This document shows positions 43,868 to 53,878 of a stretch of 57,082 nucleotides of DNA, piece by piece. How positions within the stretch are numbered: the stretch's first letter is position 1; every line of letters begins with the position of its first letter. This DNA comes from a virus (taxonomy: Duplodnaviria; Caudoviricetes): positions 1-57,082 of IMG/VR virus record IMGVR_UViG_3300025383_000031; one strand, 5' to 3'. The translations under genes were made by a program, and so were the position numbers. Under the pieces are notes generated by a model, which was not told the DNA's origin, made no database searches, and worked only from the letters and a program-made list of their open reading frames with translations.

Positions 43868-44383
43868 TTAACGCATAAATTCATTGAAGTTTAAATTATT
43901 TTTAAGACTATGAATACGATGGACGCCAATTAGGTATAGCACGAAACTTGCTACACTTGAACCACGACCAACACCCCATACTACACTATTTTTACGCATC
44001 GTGTCAACAAGATATTTTAAGTATTGCAGCAGTGGCAATAAACCTCTGTCAGCATATTCCATCAATTCTTGACCAGCACGTTGCAATTCATTTTGGTCTG
44101 CACACTGTTCCAATACCCACTTGGCAATATCCATATTCTTATATTCATCGGGCATAAACCATTCTTGTTGGTTCATGCTATGATATTCTGCTACTGAACC
44201 ATTTAACGTTGCTAGTTTTTTAAGTGGCTTGTAATCAAGATATAAACTCTTAATAGCAGAATTATACTTTTCTGGATTTACAATGGTAATATCATCAATG
44301 GTAAGTTGCGGATTTGTATATAGTAATTCCGCTAACTCACTGTCGCTAATTATACTGCGACCATATTCGTCAAGATTTGTCAC
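43868..44383 (-). CDS. Stand-alone DnaE (Pol III alpha) fragment-like protein
   Basis: WGVGRGSSVASFVLYLIGVHRI...LNFNEF matches the DnaE GRGS region; probable GTG start at 44383. Confidence 0.8.
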   Translation of the reverse strand: MTNLDEYGRSIISDSELAELLYTNPQLTIDDITIVNPEKYNSAIKSLYLDYKPLKKLATLNGSVAEYHSMNQQEWFMPDEYKNMDIAKWVLEQCADQNELQRAGQELMEYADRGLLPLLQYLKYLVDTMRKNSVVWGVGRGSSVASFVLYLIGVHRIHSLKNNLNFNEFMR

Positions 44384-45026
44384 CCTTAATAACCTCTGGC
44401 TTCCACCCTTTTTTAAGTGGAACAATGTTGTTTTCTGATTTCTTCTTGATTATTATAGCAGGTGGTTGATCCCATTGCAATATTGTTGGCCAATCATTTT
44501 CATCAGTTTCAACTATAAATTCTTTATTCTTTTTAATTGGAACGTCCCACGTAGTAGGAGTTGGTCTAAACCACCATGCTGGTTTTTCCCAACTTTTCAT
44601 CGCCAAATCATCCATTACTTCTTCATTAGTAACAATATCTTCATCGATGTTTAATGCAATATCATCACTTTTATCGCTGCTAACAGAAATATATTCAAGA
44701 GTCGTTCGACCCTGTGTAATACTCAAAATCTTATACCACGTAACAACACCAATAACAAAGTTATTTGGTTGATATGGTAAGGTTACGATGCGAGATTTAA
44801 ATTTCTTGTGCAGCGTTGGAAGTAACGGATTTTCTAAATGCACAAATATTGCATCTTGATATAAATCTTTTATTAAACTACGTATTCTACCAAAAGAAGT
44901 TTGTGGGTCTTCTTCATTGATAGATTCATCATTAAACCCAATGCTAATAGTATAATCGCATGGTTCAAGATAATCTTTAAAACAATTGATAGCAGTAAAA
45001 TTTACATTCCAACTTACATCACTCAT
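44370..45026 (-). CDS. Hypothetical protein
   Basis: 218-aa ORF tiling in operon. Confidence 0.7.
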   Translation of the reverse strand: MSDVSWNVNFTAINCFKDYLEPCDYTISIGFNDESINEEDPQTSFGRIRSLIKDLYQDAIFVHLENPLLPTLHKKFKSRIVTLPYQPNNFVIGVVTWYKILSITQGRTTLEYISVSSDKSDDIALNIDEDIVTNEEVMDDLAMKSWEKPAWWFRPTPTTWDVPIKKNKEFIVETDENDWPTILQWDQPPAIIIKKKSENNIVPLKKGWKPEVIKGDKS

Positions 45027-45256
45027 CCTATATCCAAACTATCCTTGAAAATTGGGTTTTCTTTTGCAGCATTTGCTTCTGCACGATAACGAGCGTTAAT
45101 TTCTTCTTGGTAAGTATCTGCAACCATCCGCAACTGATTTAACATAGCAGTGTTACCCATCTTACCAGCAAAAGACATTTTCTTGTATGTTTCGTTGATA
45201 GTTTTGAGCAACTCATCCAATGTTTTTTCAGTTAAATTGCCCATCAATGGATGCAT
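45023..45256 (-). CDS. Hypothetical helical protein
   Basis: 77-aa ORF coupled to both neighbours. Confidence 0.7.
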   Translation of the reverse strand: MHPLMGNLTEKTLDELLKTINETYKKMSFAGKMGNTAMLNQLRMVADTYQEEINARYRAEANAAKENPIFKDSLDIG

Positions 45257-45672
45257 TATAGATCACCCTTCACACGATTTTCACTATGCCAAGCATCAAA
45301 TTTGCCACCTGGATAGCGTGATTCTAACTTCTTTACATTTTCATTAATAACATCGTTTGGATCAAGTCCAAGTGCAGTACAGGCATTCATCCAATACCAC
45401 ATGATATCGCCTAACTCACGCTTCATATGGAATACGTTTTCTGCATTAAGTGGCTTGCCTTGAAAAAACATCTTCTTGATGATTTCATTAAACTCACCAC
45501 TTTCAGCACTCAAGCCCATGCCAGCCGTCAATAACAATGCTGGACGAATATTGGTGCGGTCTTCTTGATATTCACTTAGTTCTTGGAAACGTTTTTCGAA
45601 AGCATATTCATACTTGCTTTCAGCACTAGTTACTTCTAGTACAAAGTCTTGGTACAGTTTAAGGTCTGTCAT
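45256..45672 (-). CDS. MazG-like nucleotide pyrophosphohydrolase
   Basis: GLSAESGEFNEIIKK, ELGDIMWY, N..KL..RYP. Confidence 0.9.
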   Translation of the reverse strand: MTDLKLYQDFVLEVTSAESKYEYAFEKRFQELSEYQEDRTNIRPALLLTAGMGLSAESGEFNEIIKKMFFQGKPLNAENVFHMKRELGDIMWYWMNACTALGLDPNDVINENVKKLESRYPGGKFDAWHSENRVKGDL

Positions 45673-45688
45673 GATTTACTCCTACACT

Positions 45689-45717
45689 AATATAACGTTA
45701 GATAGGCTAGTAGTCAA
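45689..45717 (-). promoter_or_regulatory. Sigma70-type promoter
   Basis: TTGACT-17-TATATT then AGGAG RBS. Confidence 0.8.
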
Positions 45718-45719
45718 TA

Positions 45720-46625
45720 TTAAATTTGTGTTTTAAACCATTTCTCAATGCCAGGATTACGTGGCGCACCAACGTAAGTATATCCCAAGTGAGCACCAGC
45801 ACTTAATGTAGTAACATTTCCATTGATTGTATTAGCATGTAACAAATATAGATTAGAAACATTAACGTTTGCAGAAATCTGAACTACCTGACCATCAACT
45901 GCATAAGCAGGAAATGTAACATTAACGTTGCTAAGTTGTGTTCCAGTAGTACTGTCAAGGATAAGCTTGGTAGCCATTGTAATGGCAGTTGGGCTAGCAA
46001 CTGTTCCATTTGCAACGTTAGCATACTGATAATCAGTATTATTACGCTGGCGAGATAGTGGGAAAACAGTAATGGTTGCGCCAGCGTTGTCGCTTACGAA
46101 CTCATACCAGTATGTTCCAGTTCCACTCTGAGTGTAACCAATGCTATTATTGCTTGCATTATATTCTTGTAGATATTGCGTACCAATGCTTACTGCGCTT
46201 GGTAGAATCATGCGATGTGAAGAATCTCTAACAATTAGCTTTAAACGGATACGACCAACCGTGCCTGCTGCTGGAAAATTTGAAAATGCAACAGTAAATG
46301 TACCATTAGTTGAAACTATTTGGTAATGCCCACGGGTATGATCTAGTGTTACGTTTGTACTTACAAGACTATTATCATATTCTGTTTCACGAAAATCTTG
46401 AATTTGAGCACTGCTTAATAATGTACCAGCCATATTGTTATTAAGTGTGGTACCAGTTAGCGCACTCTTAACAATAACCTTGTTTTGCAAATCAGTGATT
46501 TCACTTGCAGCATATGCAAAGTTGTTAAGGATGTTGGTAAAGTTGTCACGAAATCCTTGACTGTCATTGTCAACGCCTGCTACAGGATATGCGCCATTGA
46601 TATTGTTAGGATTAATATTGCTCAT
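45720..46625 (-). CDS. Virion structural protein (baseplate/fibre associated)
   Basis: YPVAGVDNDSQGFRDNF coiled N-terminus, N/T-rich; TAAATA at 46648-46653. Confidence 0.7.
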   Translation of the reverse strand: MSNINPNNINGAYPVAGVDNDSQGFRDNFTNILNNFAYAASEITDLQNKVIVKSALTGTTLNNNMAGTLLSSAQIQDFRETEYDNSLVSTNVTLDHTRGHYQIVSTNGTFTVAFSNFPAAGTVGRIRLKLIVRDSSHRMILPSAVSIGTQYLQEYNASNNSIGYTQSGTGTYWYEFVSDNAGATITVFPLSRQRNNTDYQYANVANGTVASPTAITMATKLILDSTTGTQLSNVNVTFPAYAVDGQVVQISANVNVSNLYLLHANTINGNVTTLSAGAHLGYTYVGAPRNPGIEKWFKTQI

Positions 46626-46703
46626 TTATTGGTTTCCATGTCTGTGGTATTTAGTTGTTTCATTTATTTATTTTAACAAATTTGTTTGTTTTAGATTTAT
46701 CCA

Positions 46704-49700
46704 TTATTCAAGAATATTTTCACGAGGAAATTTTAAGTAACTGTCATTGGCAAATGGTATTGTATATTGGTCTTCGTTGTTAATAAACACTGTTGCTTTT
46801 TTATCAAAAGTAGTAGGTGATTTAAGTTGAATTGTGCTAATATTTACTGACACATACGTTGGTACTGTTTGACCAGCAATACCAATACTTGCAGCACTAT
46901 ATTCTAATGTTTTGCCAGATTTTGCACCGAAGCGTACTGATACTACCTGATTAACTGTTATTTCTTTTACAAATGTAAGTGTTACTAAATTATTTGCGAT
47001 AGAAATACTCCAGACACCAGCACGTTTGTTAGTGTTAGCAGTTCCTTGTTGAACTTCTGCATAACCAGGTACAGGCGTATTATTTTGTATCCATCCGTCA
47101 TTTGTCAATGATGGAAAAAGTGTAGGGTTGTATTTTTCTTGCGTACTAAAAATTATTTGCTTACCGTTCCATCCGCCAGTAGTATCGCCATCTAGCCCAC
47201 CGAGCGCAATAATACTAGCAACTGTGCTATTATCAACATAGTTAAATGGTATATCAATAGCATAATCAACACTTGCACTCGGAGTTATGCTTTGGATATA
47301 ACCTGTGTCAAATGTAGTATATGCTTTCGCATCCCATTTTCCTGTTGCAATGTTGAAATTACGATCTTGATTATTATCTAAAATATATCTATCTGCAACA
47401 AATGGTACAGTTTTAATGTCTGTTGGTACGCTATGTTTTAACTTATAAAGAACTTTTTCACCAGTTCCTGGTTTTAAGTAAGCAAGCACTGCTGCTGTTT
47501 GAAAACCAATAATTTTTCCATTGTTTTGAATACTAGTTTGCCACTGCGGTAGTGTATTTGAGTTTAATTCGCCTACTGCAACAATGATGTCATTTATCAT
47601 CAAGTCTAAATCATTTGGGTATAATTTTATACTAGATAGATGATCAGCAAATATAGTATAACGATTATCAAAGAAAGTAGTTTGTAAATCAATGACAGTA
47701 TCTAATTTATAATTACCATTAAAAAATGTTATGAAATCATTGGGTGGAATATTCTTTTTAGTGACGCCATTAACAGTAGTATATGTTTTTGTATCTTCAA
47801 TAAGATCAACATAAATTACATCATATAACGGATTACCATATTTGTCAGTAGCACTGGCATAATGATAATCACCAAAATAAAACTTTTTATTAAAATGGCG
47901 TTTTTTCATCGCAGCAATATATGCACTACTCTGGCTAGGGTTTAATCCATAACCAACCAAAATTTTAATATCATTTTGTATGCCCCACCATGGATCATTT
48001 GGTCTATAAATGTCATCAAGTGCAAAATAATCAGTATTGCCCAAAATAGTATTCAACAATGTTCTTTTATTTGCACTTGGCAAACATGCAATGTATAGGT
48101 TATCATATGGACTATAGGTTACAGAGTTAATCTGAAGTGTGAAGGTTTTTGAACCACTGACATTTGCACTGTAATCTTTAGCAAATACAGTAAATGTATA
48201 AGTTTTATCCAATGTGGTTGGAGCAGTATAAATTCCCAATCCAACATTCGTAACATCAAAGGTAGTTGAACCCTTATCCAAACTAAATGTTTGAAAACTT
48301 GTTTTACCACTCAACGTACCATCACTTAGCAATTGCATACCTTGTGGTAATCTACTGCCTTCTGCTAATGTATAATACAATTGACGCCCACTTGGCGCAG
48401 TTGCACTTATAGATAACGTACTAACACTGCCTGCATCAATATAACCTAAATTACTAGGTGTGTTAAACGATACACTCAAATCTAGCGCACCTAAAATAGT
48501 AACTGTGAAAATTTTAAGCGGACTTATAACACTTGAATCTAGGCTATTATATACTTGTACGCCGAATGAATATGATTGTGAAACTGCGCTTTGTGCAGGC
48601 ACAAAACCAGTCATCCAACCAGTTATATTGTCAAGAACAAGACCTGGTGGCAATGCTAAATCACTTTGATCCCATGGTGAATTATCCCACGAAATATTAT
48701 CACTATCAAATCCTGTTCCGCTTGAAGCAGACAAACTATAATTTACAGGAATACCATCGTAATCAATGCCATCAAATTTAAATGCAAAATAATTTCCACT
48801 AACAAATGTAGAGTAGCTACCTAATGAGGTGGTCAATAAAATCGGTGTGCGTACATTAGTAGTATCACTTGTGATTGCAGAACTGTCATCAGTGACAGTT
48901 GAGTTATCTGCTCTAATATCACTGTGATTATGTACTATAATTGCATATTGTTTTGTGTCAAAACTTTTGCCGTCAGTTAAACTAACTACAAAATTATAAT
49001 TATTTGTTGAACTTGGTGTATTTTGTGGTATTAATATACCACTAATTAACCCGCTACTTGAAAGAGTGATACCAGGTGGCAAACTTCCTGACAAAATAGA
49101 ATAAGTTAATGTGTCAGCATTTAAATCTATACCGCTTAATTGTATAGATATCTGTGTGCCATCTAAAAATTCACCAAGTGGCAAGTAATTGTTTGTTAAT
49201 AACTGTGGTGGATAATTTCCAGTAACAGTTATAATAAATGAACGGTCTGTTATCTTTCCACTACTGCTAATTGCACGTATTGTAAAATTGCTTGTACGGT
49301 CTTGTGTAACTGCTTGTGGCACACCGTCAATACTATAGGTATCTTTTGGGTTACCAGTAACTTTACCACTATTATCAATTTGCATGCCTGCAGGCAATCT
49401 GCCAGCAACTAATTTATAATTGACATCACTACCATCTGGATTTCCAGTTGGATCAACTGCTTGCAAACCTAATTCAAAAAATTGTAATGCTTGTATTTTT
49501 CCTAAATTTCCACTAGGAGTAACCCATTCTGGATAACCACTTCCATAACCAACGGATTGTTCTAATGTTAGTACATCTACGTCGCCATAATATGTATTAC
49601 CAATCACATAAGGATATGCTGGTTTATTATCCACACCAATAGTACAAAAATATGCATATGTTCCAAGAGGAAAATCAGGAGTAACACAAAATCTACCATT

Positions 49701-50516
49701 ATGAGTATCTAAATCACCTGCATTTGTAAATTCATAATCTTCAACAAAAATACCCATTGGATAAACTGACGTATTTTCTGCGGGTGTATTGCGACGATAT
49801 AATGGATTTTTTAATGTATATCCACTAGCTACAGCCTTGATACCACTTGTATTGCTGCTTGGATTAGTATATCCATATGGTCCATAGATAGGATAACCGT
49901 CTAGTGAAAATCCTATTATTTTACTGTGTCCGTCTGGATGTGTCAATCCACCATTCAAATATGGTATAACATTAACTTCTGGCAATCCATGGATGGTGCT
50001 ACTATATGGTGCGCCGCCAAGACCTGTAAGCCAAGCATTTGCAAAGCTATAGCTATTATAATGATATACGCCTTTTTGATCAGCAACACCGCCTGACAAA
50101 TCTTCGTGAAAAGTATAACCAATAGCTTGCTCTTCTGCATAACTTGCATTAAAGTGATAACCAGATGGTTGAGAATATCCAAGAGGCGCATTATTGCCTG
50201 CACTTGGATTAAATATTGCCACACCATTTAACCAAAAGCCAATTACAGTATCTGCTGTAGTAGTTTGAGGAGAAGCAGCGCCTATGTCTAATCCGCCACG
50301 ATATACCCAACTGCGATTATAGTATTGTGCAAGTGGAGTATTTGTTTGTGTAATATTGCCATAACCATGATATGGCAAACCAACAGCAGTTAAATTGATG
50401 CTAGTTTGGTAAGAACCATTGATAAAAGTATTAGGTACTATTGTCCAATTGCTACTAACATTGATTAAACGACCTAAATCTTTGTTAATAGCAATACCAT
50501 TGTATGATGCTGTCAT
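46704..50516 (-). CDS. Large virion protein: N-terminal YHYH-like domain plus Ig-like repeats (baseplate wedge-like)
   Basis: GVYHYN, HSKIIGFSLDGYPIYGPYG, DLDTHNGRFCVTPDFP; four LP.G..L...G..[ST]G Ig-like repeats. Confidence 0.8.
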   Translation of the reverse strand: MTASYNGIAINKDLGRLINVSSNWTIVPNTFINGSYQTSINLTAVGLPYHGYGNITQTNTPLAQYYNRSWVYRGGLDIGAASPQTTTADTVIGFWLNGVAIFNPSAGNNAPLGYSQPSGYHFNASYAEEQAIGYTFHEDLSGGVADQKGVYHYNSYSFANAWLTGLGGAPYSSTIHGLPEVNVIPYLNGGLTHPDGHSKIIGFSLDGYPIYGPYGYTNPSSNTSGIKAVASGYTLKNPLYRRNTPAENTSVYPMGIFVEDYEFTNAGDLDTHNGRFCVTPDFPLGTYAYFCTIGVDNKPAYPYVIGNTYYGDVDVLTLEQSVGYGSGYPEWVTPSGNLGKIQALQFFELGLQAVDPTGNPDGSDVNYKLVAGRLPAGMQIDNSGKVTGNPKDTYSIDGVPQAVTQDRTSNFTIRAISSSGKITDRSFIITVTGNYPPQLLTNNYLPLGEFLDGTQISIQLSGIDLNADTLTYSILSGSLPPGITLSSSGLISGILIPQNTPSSTNNYNFVVSLTDGKSFDTKQYAIIVHNHSDIRADNSTVTDDSSAITSDTTNVRTPILLTTSLGSYSTFVSGNYFAFKFDGIDYDGIPVNYSLSASSGTGFDSDNISWDNSPWDQSDLALPPGLVLDNITGWMTGFVPAQSAVSQSYSFGVQVYNSLDSSVISPLKIFTVTILGALDLSVSFNTPSNLGYIDAGSVSTLSISATAPSGRQLYYTLAEGSRLPQGMQLLSDGTLSGKTSFQTFSLDKGSTTFDVTNVGLGIYTAPTTLDKTYTFTVFAKDYSANVSGSKTFTLQINSVTYSPYDNLYIACLPSANKRTLLNTILGNTDYFALDDIYRPNDPWWGIQNDIKILVGYGLNPSQSSAYIAAMKKRHFNKKFYFGDYHYASATDKYGNPLYDVIYVDLIEDTKTYTTVNGVTKKNIPPNDFITFFNGNYKLDTVIDLQTTFFDNRYTIFADHLSSIKLYPNDLDLMINDIIVAVGELNSNTLPQWQTSIQNNGKIIGFQTAAVLAYLKPGTGEKVLYKLKHSVPTDIKTVPFVADRYILDNNQDRNFNIATGKWDAKAYTTFDTGYIQSITPSASVDYAIDIPFNYVDNSTVASIIALGGLDGDTTGGWNGKQIIFSTQEKYNPTLFPSLTNDGWIQNNTPVPGYAEVQQGTANTNKRAGVWSISIANNLVTLTFVKEITVNQVVSVRFGAKSGKTLEYSAASIGIAGQTVPTYVSVNISTIQLKSPTTFDKKATVFINNEDQYTIPFANDSYLKFPRENILE

Positions 50517-50522
50517 TGGTGC

Positions 50523-50543
50523 TCCACTATAATATTTAGTGGA
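50523..50543 (-). promoter_or_regulatory. Late promoter in RBS-sequestering hairpin
   Basis: tccacta/tagtgga inverted repeat; TAAATA at 50533-50538; GGAG RBS overlaps the 3' arm. Confidence 0.7.
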
Positions 50544-52751
50544 TTACCCCACACGTATCCAACGTGGTCCGCCAGGCAGTGTCTGTGGAATAGGATTGCC
50601 ATTAAAGGGAGCAAATTTTACATAATGCCAACTGTAAGGAGTTGATGGACTTATACTAGTAACATTGCCCTGAACAATACTGTCGTTTGCAATAATACGT
50701 AAGCTAGTTACGTTGATATTACTTCCGATAGTAATTTTTGTTCCGTCACTAATATTAGTATTTGCTGGTAGATATATGTTTGCAATAGCTACTGTCTGTC
50801 CGAGAGTATTGTCAATAATTAAGGTCGATAAGTTTCCATACAGTGTTGTTGTATTACTTGTTGTATTAGCAAGGTTTGCAAGAGCATAACCATTAATAGA
50901 AATATAACCTAACACATAACTTGCGCTACTTACACCATTTGCTGCCAAGTTAGCGGTAGTATAATATGTTGGTAGATAGTTAGCCACGCTAGCATTGCTA
51001 TAAAGACCAGTTAGATATTGTGAGCTACCAATAAAATACGTTGCATTAACGTTGCCAGTAGTATTCACGTTGCCAGCATTGATATTACCACTATAAGTTG
51101 GCAAGTATGCAGCAGCTTGAATGTTACTGTATAAACCTGTTAGTAGGCTACCATTACCGATAAAGTAAGTTCCACCTACATTGCCAGTTGCTACAAGATT
51201 GCCTGCAGAGACGTTTGCAGTATTGGTTGGCAAATATGTTCCAAGATATGCGCTTGCCTGTGTATTACCATACAAGCCAGTAAGTGTGCTACCATTACCA
51301 TAATGATAGGTTGCGGTGACATTACCAGTACTAGTAATATTAGCAACAGTAACATTACTGTTAAACTTAGCGGTGCCAGTAACTTGAAGTTTGTTTGTAG
51401 CATCATCGCTGCCACCAATTACCCAACGGCTGCTGGTGATACGTCCTGCCTCATTAGCAGCCAACGTACCATCAGTATGGAATACTATTGCCTTACCAGT
51501 TGTTTGGGTGCCAACTGAAATGTTACCACCATTTACATATAGATAACCATCGTGTGCGGTTCCAATAGTGAAACTTGCATCGCTGTAATTATTACTATTG
51601 ATACCCATATCAATATAATTTGCAGTATCGGTTCCATCATTTGATGTTGCAACAACGTCAGCACTGGTTGCACTGCCGTTGCCAATATTCTGAATATTAA
51701 TCTGTGTATAGTAAATGCTGTTATCTACAAAACTTGCAGTAAGATTTGCAGTTGGAACAGTTCCTGCTGGTCCCACAATAATATCATATTGTGATAACAG
51801 ATTACCCGCATAAACATTGCCAGTAGCATTAATGTTTGCAGCATAAACATTGCCACCACTATAAATGTTACCTTTAATACCCATGCCGCCTTGTATAATG
51901 ATTGCGCCACTGCCTGTACTTGTGGCTGGCGTTGTATCATTCAACCAAACTTGAGTAGCAGGAGCAATAGCAAGGTCGCCAGTTCCATCAGCATTAATAT
52001 TAATGTTGGCATTTGTGCCTGCTGGCGTAATAATATTACCAGTTGGACTTACTACAAGATTAGCAGCAGCGGCAAGTACAACATTGCCATTAACATTAAT
52101 ATTACTGACTAAAACATTGCCATTGTAAGTTGCAAGATACGCTGCAGCATTGGCATTGCCATAACTGGCAGGTCCAACACTTAGCCCACTTAAGTAATAA
52201 CCATTACCTGTTACAAATCCACTAGTGCTTAGATTACCTGTTGCATAAATGTTGGCGTTTGTGTTGATTGTGGCAACGTTCATAATACCAACGTTAATAT
52301 AACTTAAGTTACCAATAGATGTAACGTTTGGTAATTGTGTGCCACTATAATTTTGTGCATTAATAGCGGTTGATGCAGTTCCCGCAGTGGTAGCATAAGT
52401 TGCTGCAGCAGCCGTAGTTGCGCTGCTTGCTACGCCAGTAAGATTACCAATAAAACTATATGCAGAACTTACTGTTACTGTGCCGTTAAACACGGCATTA
52501 TTGGCTACAAATTGATTTTGAGGAGCAACAACGACACTGCCGATAGCAGTAACATTACTAGTTGGTGCAAGATTGATATTTGCACCCGTAACAGAAGTAA
52601 CAATTGAATTTCCACTAAGATATAGCCCACTAGTACCAACTAGTGTGAATAATTGACTAAAATTATTATTTGTTTTTAATAAAGCTGTTCTTAGCGGGTC
52701 ACCTGTGCCGTCATTGGCATAAGCACCCAAATTAATTACTTCTTGACCCAT
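50544..52751 (-). CDS. Tail fibre/spike protein with T4 gp9/gp10-like N-terminus
   Basis: INLGAYANDGTGDPLRTA..KTN.NF; repeated GNG..LTGLY.N...A.YL units; N/T/G-rich. Confidence 0.8.
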   Translation of the reverse strand: MGQEVINLGAYANDGTGDPLRTALLKTNNNFSQLFTLVGTSGLYLSGNSIVTSVTGANINLAPTSNVTAIGSVVVAPQNQFVANNAVFNGTVTVSSAYSFIGNLTGVASSATTAAAATYATTAGTASTAINAQNYSGTQLPNVTSIGNLSYINVGIMNVATINTNANIYATGNLSTSGFVTGNGYYLSGLSVGPASYGNANAAAYLATYNGNVLVSNINVNGNVVLAAAANLVVSPTGNIITPAGTNANININADGTGDLAIAPATQVWLNDTTPATSTGSGAIIIQGGMGIKGNIYSGGNVYAANINATGNVYAGNLLSQYDIIVGPAGTVPTANLTASFVDNSIYYTQINIQNIGNGSATSADVVATSNDGTDTANYIDMGINSNNYSDASFTIGTAHDGYLYVNGGNISVGTQTTGKAIVFHTDGTLAANEAGRITSSRWVIGGSDDATNKLQVTGTAKFNSNVTVANITSTGNVTATYHYGNGSTLTGLYGNTQASAYLGTYLPTNTANVSAGNLVATGNVGGTYFIGNGSLLTGLYSNIQAAAYLPTYSGNINAGNVNTTGNVNATYFIGSSQYLTGLYSNASVANYLPTYYTTANLAANGVSSASYVLGYISINGYALANLANTTSNTTTLYGNLSTLIIDNTLGQTVAIANIYLPANTNISDGTKITIGSNINVTSLRIIANDSIVQGNVTSISPSTPYSWHYVKFAPFNGNPIPQTLPGGPRWIRVG

Positions 52752-52760
52752 AAAGAAAGA

Positions 52761-52784
52761 CTCCTGCAAGATATTTAGCAGGAG
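52761..52784 (-). promoter_or_regulatory. Late promoter in RBS-sequestering hairpin
   Basis: Minus strand reads CTCCTGC-TAAATA-TCTT-GCAGGAG-9 nt-ATG. Confidence 0.8.
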
Positions 52785-52790
52785 AATTTC

Positions 52791-53141
52791 TTAGACACTA
52801 ATACTTGTTCCGCATCCACATGAACTCTTAGCCATTGGATTTGACACAACTAATTGACTGCTTACAAAATCACTCTTATAATCAATTTCACTACCTAACA
52901 GATACATTAATCCGCTGCCATCTACGATAAGTGACTTACCTTCGCCTAAAGAGATCATCTCATCAATTTGCGGTGAGCCATTCTTAGCATACAATTCATC
53001 ATCAGCAGGTTCCCAGAAATATTCGAAGCCTGCACAGCCACCACCTTTAAGTCCGAATACAAGATATGGCTTGTCAATATTGATAAGTGTGCGACGAATA
53101 TGAGTTTTTGCTGCTTCTGTAATAGTTACTGCTGTTTTCAT
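52791..53141 (-). CDS. iscA: A-type Fe-S cluster carrier (IscA/SufA/HesB)
   Basis: ITEAA, GGGCAGFEY, GSEIDY, NP.AKSSCGCGTS. Confidence 0.93.
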   Translation of the reverse strand: MKTAVTITEAAKTHIRRTLINIDKPYLVFGLKGGGCAGFEYFWEPADDELYAKNGSPQIDEMISLGEGKSLIVDGSGLMYLLGSEIDYKSDFVSSQLVVSNPMAKSSCGCGTSISV

Positions 53142-53145
53142 TGTC

Positions 53146-53661
53146 TTATCCTAATTTCGCTAACCAGTTATAAGTGCTCCAACGTTCTTTAGTTATTGGA
53201 GATAGCAATCCATGACGTTGTTGCTTGTTTATCATTAAGTAACCACAATTTTTCTTAAATGGAATAATATAAGAAAAATCTCCTTCTAAACTAAAAAATG
53301 TTGTTCCAGAACTTGATGGACCATCTTTTAAATAAACTTGCATCGCACCAATAACGCCAGGATTATCTGCATGCTCGTCCATTTCGTGACCAACGCTGTC
53401 TATCCATAGCGCACTACTTGATACTCTATAACCCAACTCATTAATACCGCTTTGGTCTATACTTGCAAATAAAGAATTCCATTTACTGTTTGAGGGGAAA
53501 GATTCAATATTTTTCCTAAGAACAAAACGCTCTTGCATTTCTAAAGATTTGCTATCACTGGCAGAAACATCTTCTTGCAAGAAAGATTCTAAAATGTCTA
53601 AATCATATACATTTTCAACTGTAAAAAGACCATCAATATTTTCAACTGGAGTAATAATCAT
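53146..53661 (-). CDS. 2OG-Fe(II) oxygenase-like protein
   Basis: HAD, QVYL, GTTF, HG, R.S pattern. Confidence 0.75.
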   Translation of the reverse strand: MIITPVENIDGLFTVENVYDLDILESFLQEDVSASDSKSLEMQERFVLRKNIESFPSNSKWNSLFASIDQSGINELGYRVSSSALWIDSVGHEMDEHADNPGVIGAMQVYLKDGPSSSGTTFFSLEGDFSYIIPFKKNCGYLMINKQQRHGLLSPITKERWSTYNWLAKLG

Positions 53662-53877
53662 TTACTTAAACCTATAGGTTATACGACCACGAGTTAAATC
53701 ATATGGAGTTAATTCAACTGACACTCTATCATCTTGGATAATCTTGATTTTATTTTTGCGCATATTACCACTTGCATATGCAAGAATAATATGGTTATCA
53801 ATATCAACTCGGAATACACCGTTAGGTAGAACTTCTACCACTTTGCCTTCCATCGTTATTAGTTCTTCCTTAGCCAA
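53662..53877 (-). CDS. infA: Translation initiation factor IF-1
   Basis: [22 protein letters not shown]...[30 protein letters not shown]. Confidence 0.96.
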   Translation of the reverse strand: MAKEELITMEGKVVEVLPNGVFRVDIDNHIILAYASGNMRKNKIKIIQDDRVSVELTPYDLTRGRITYRFK

Positions 53878-53878
53878 G

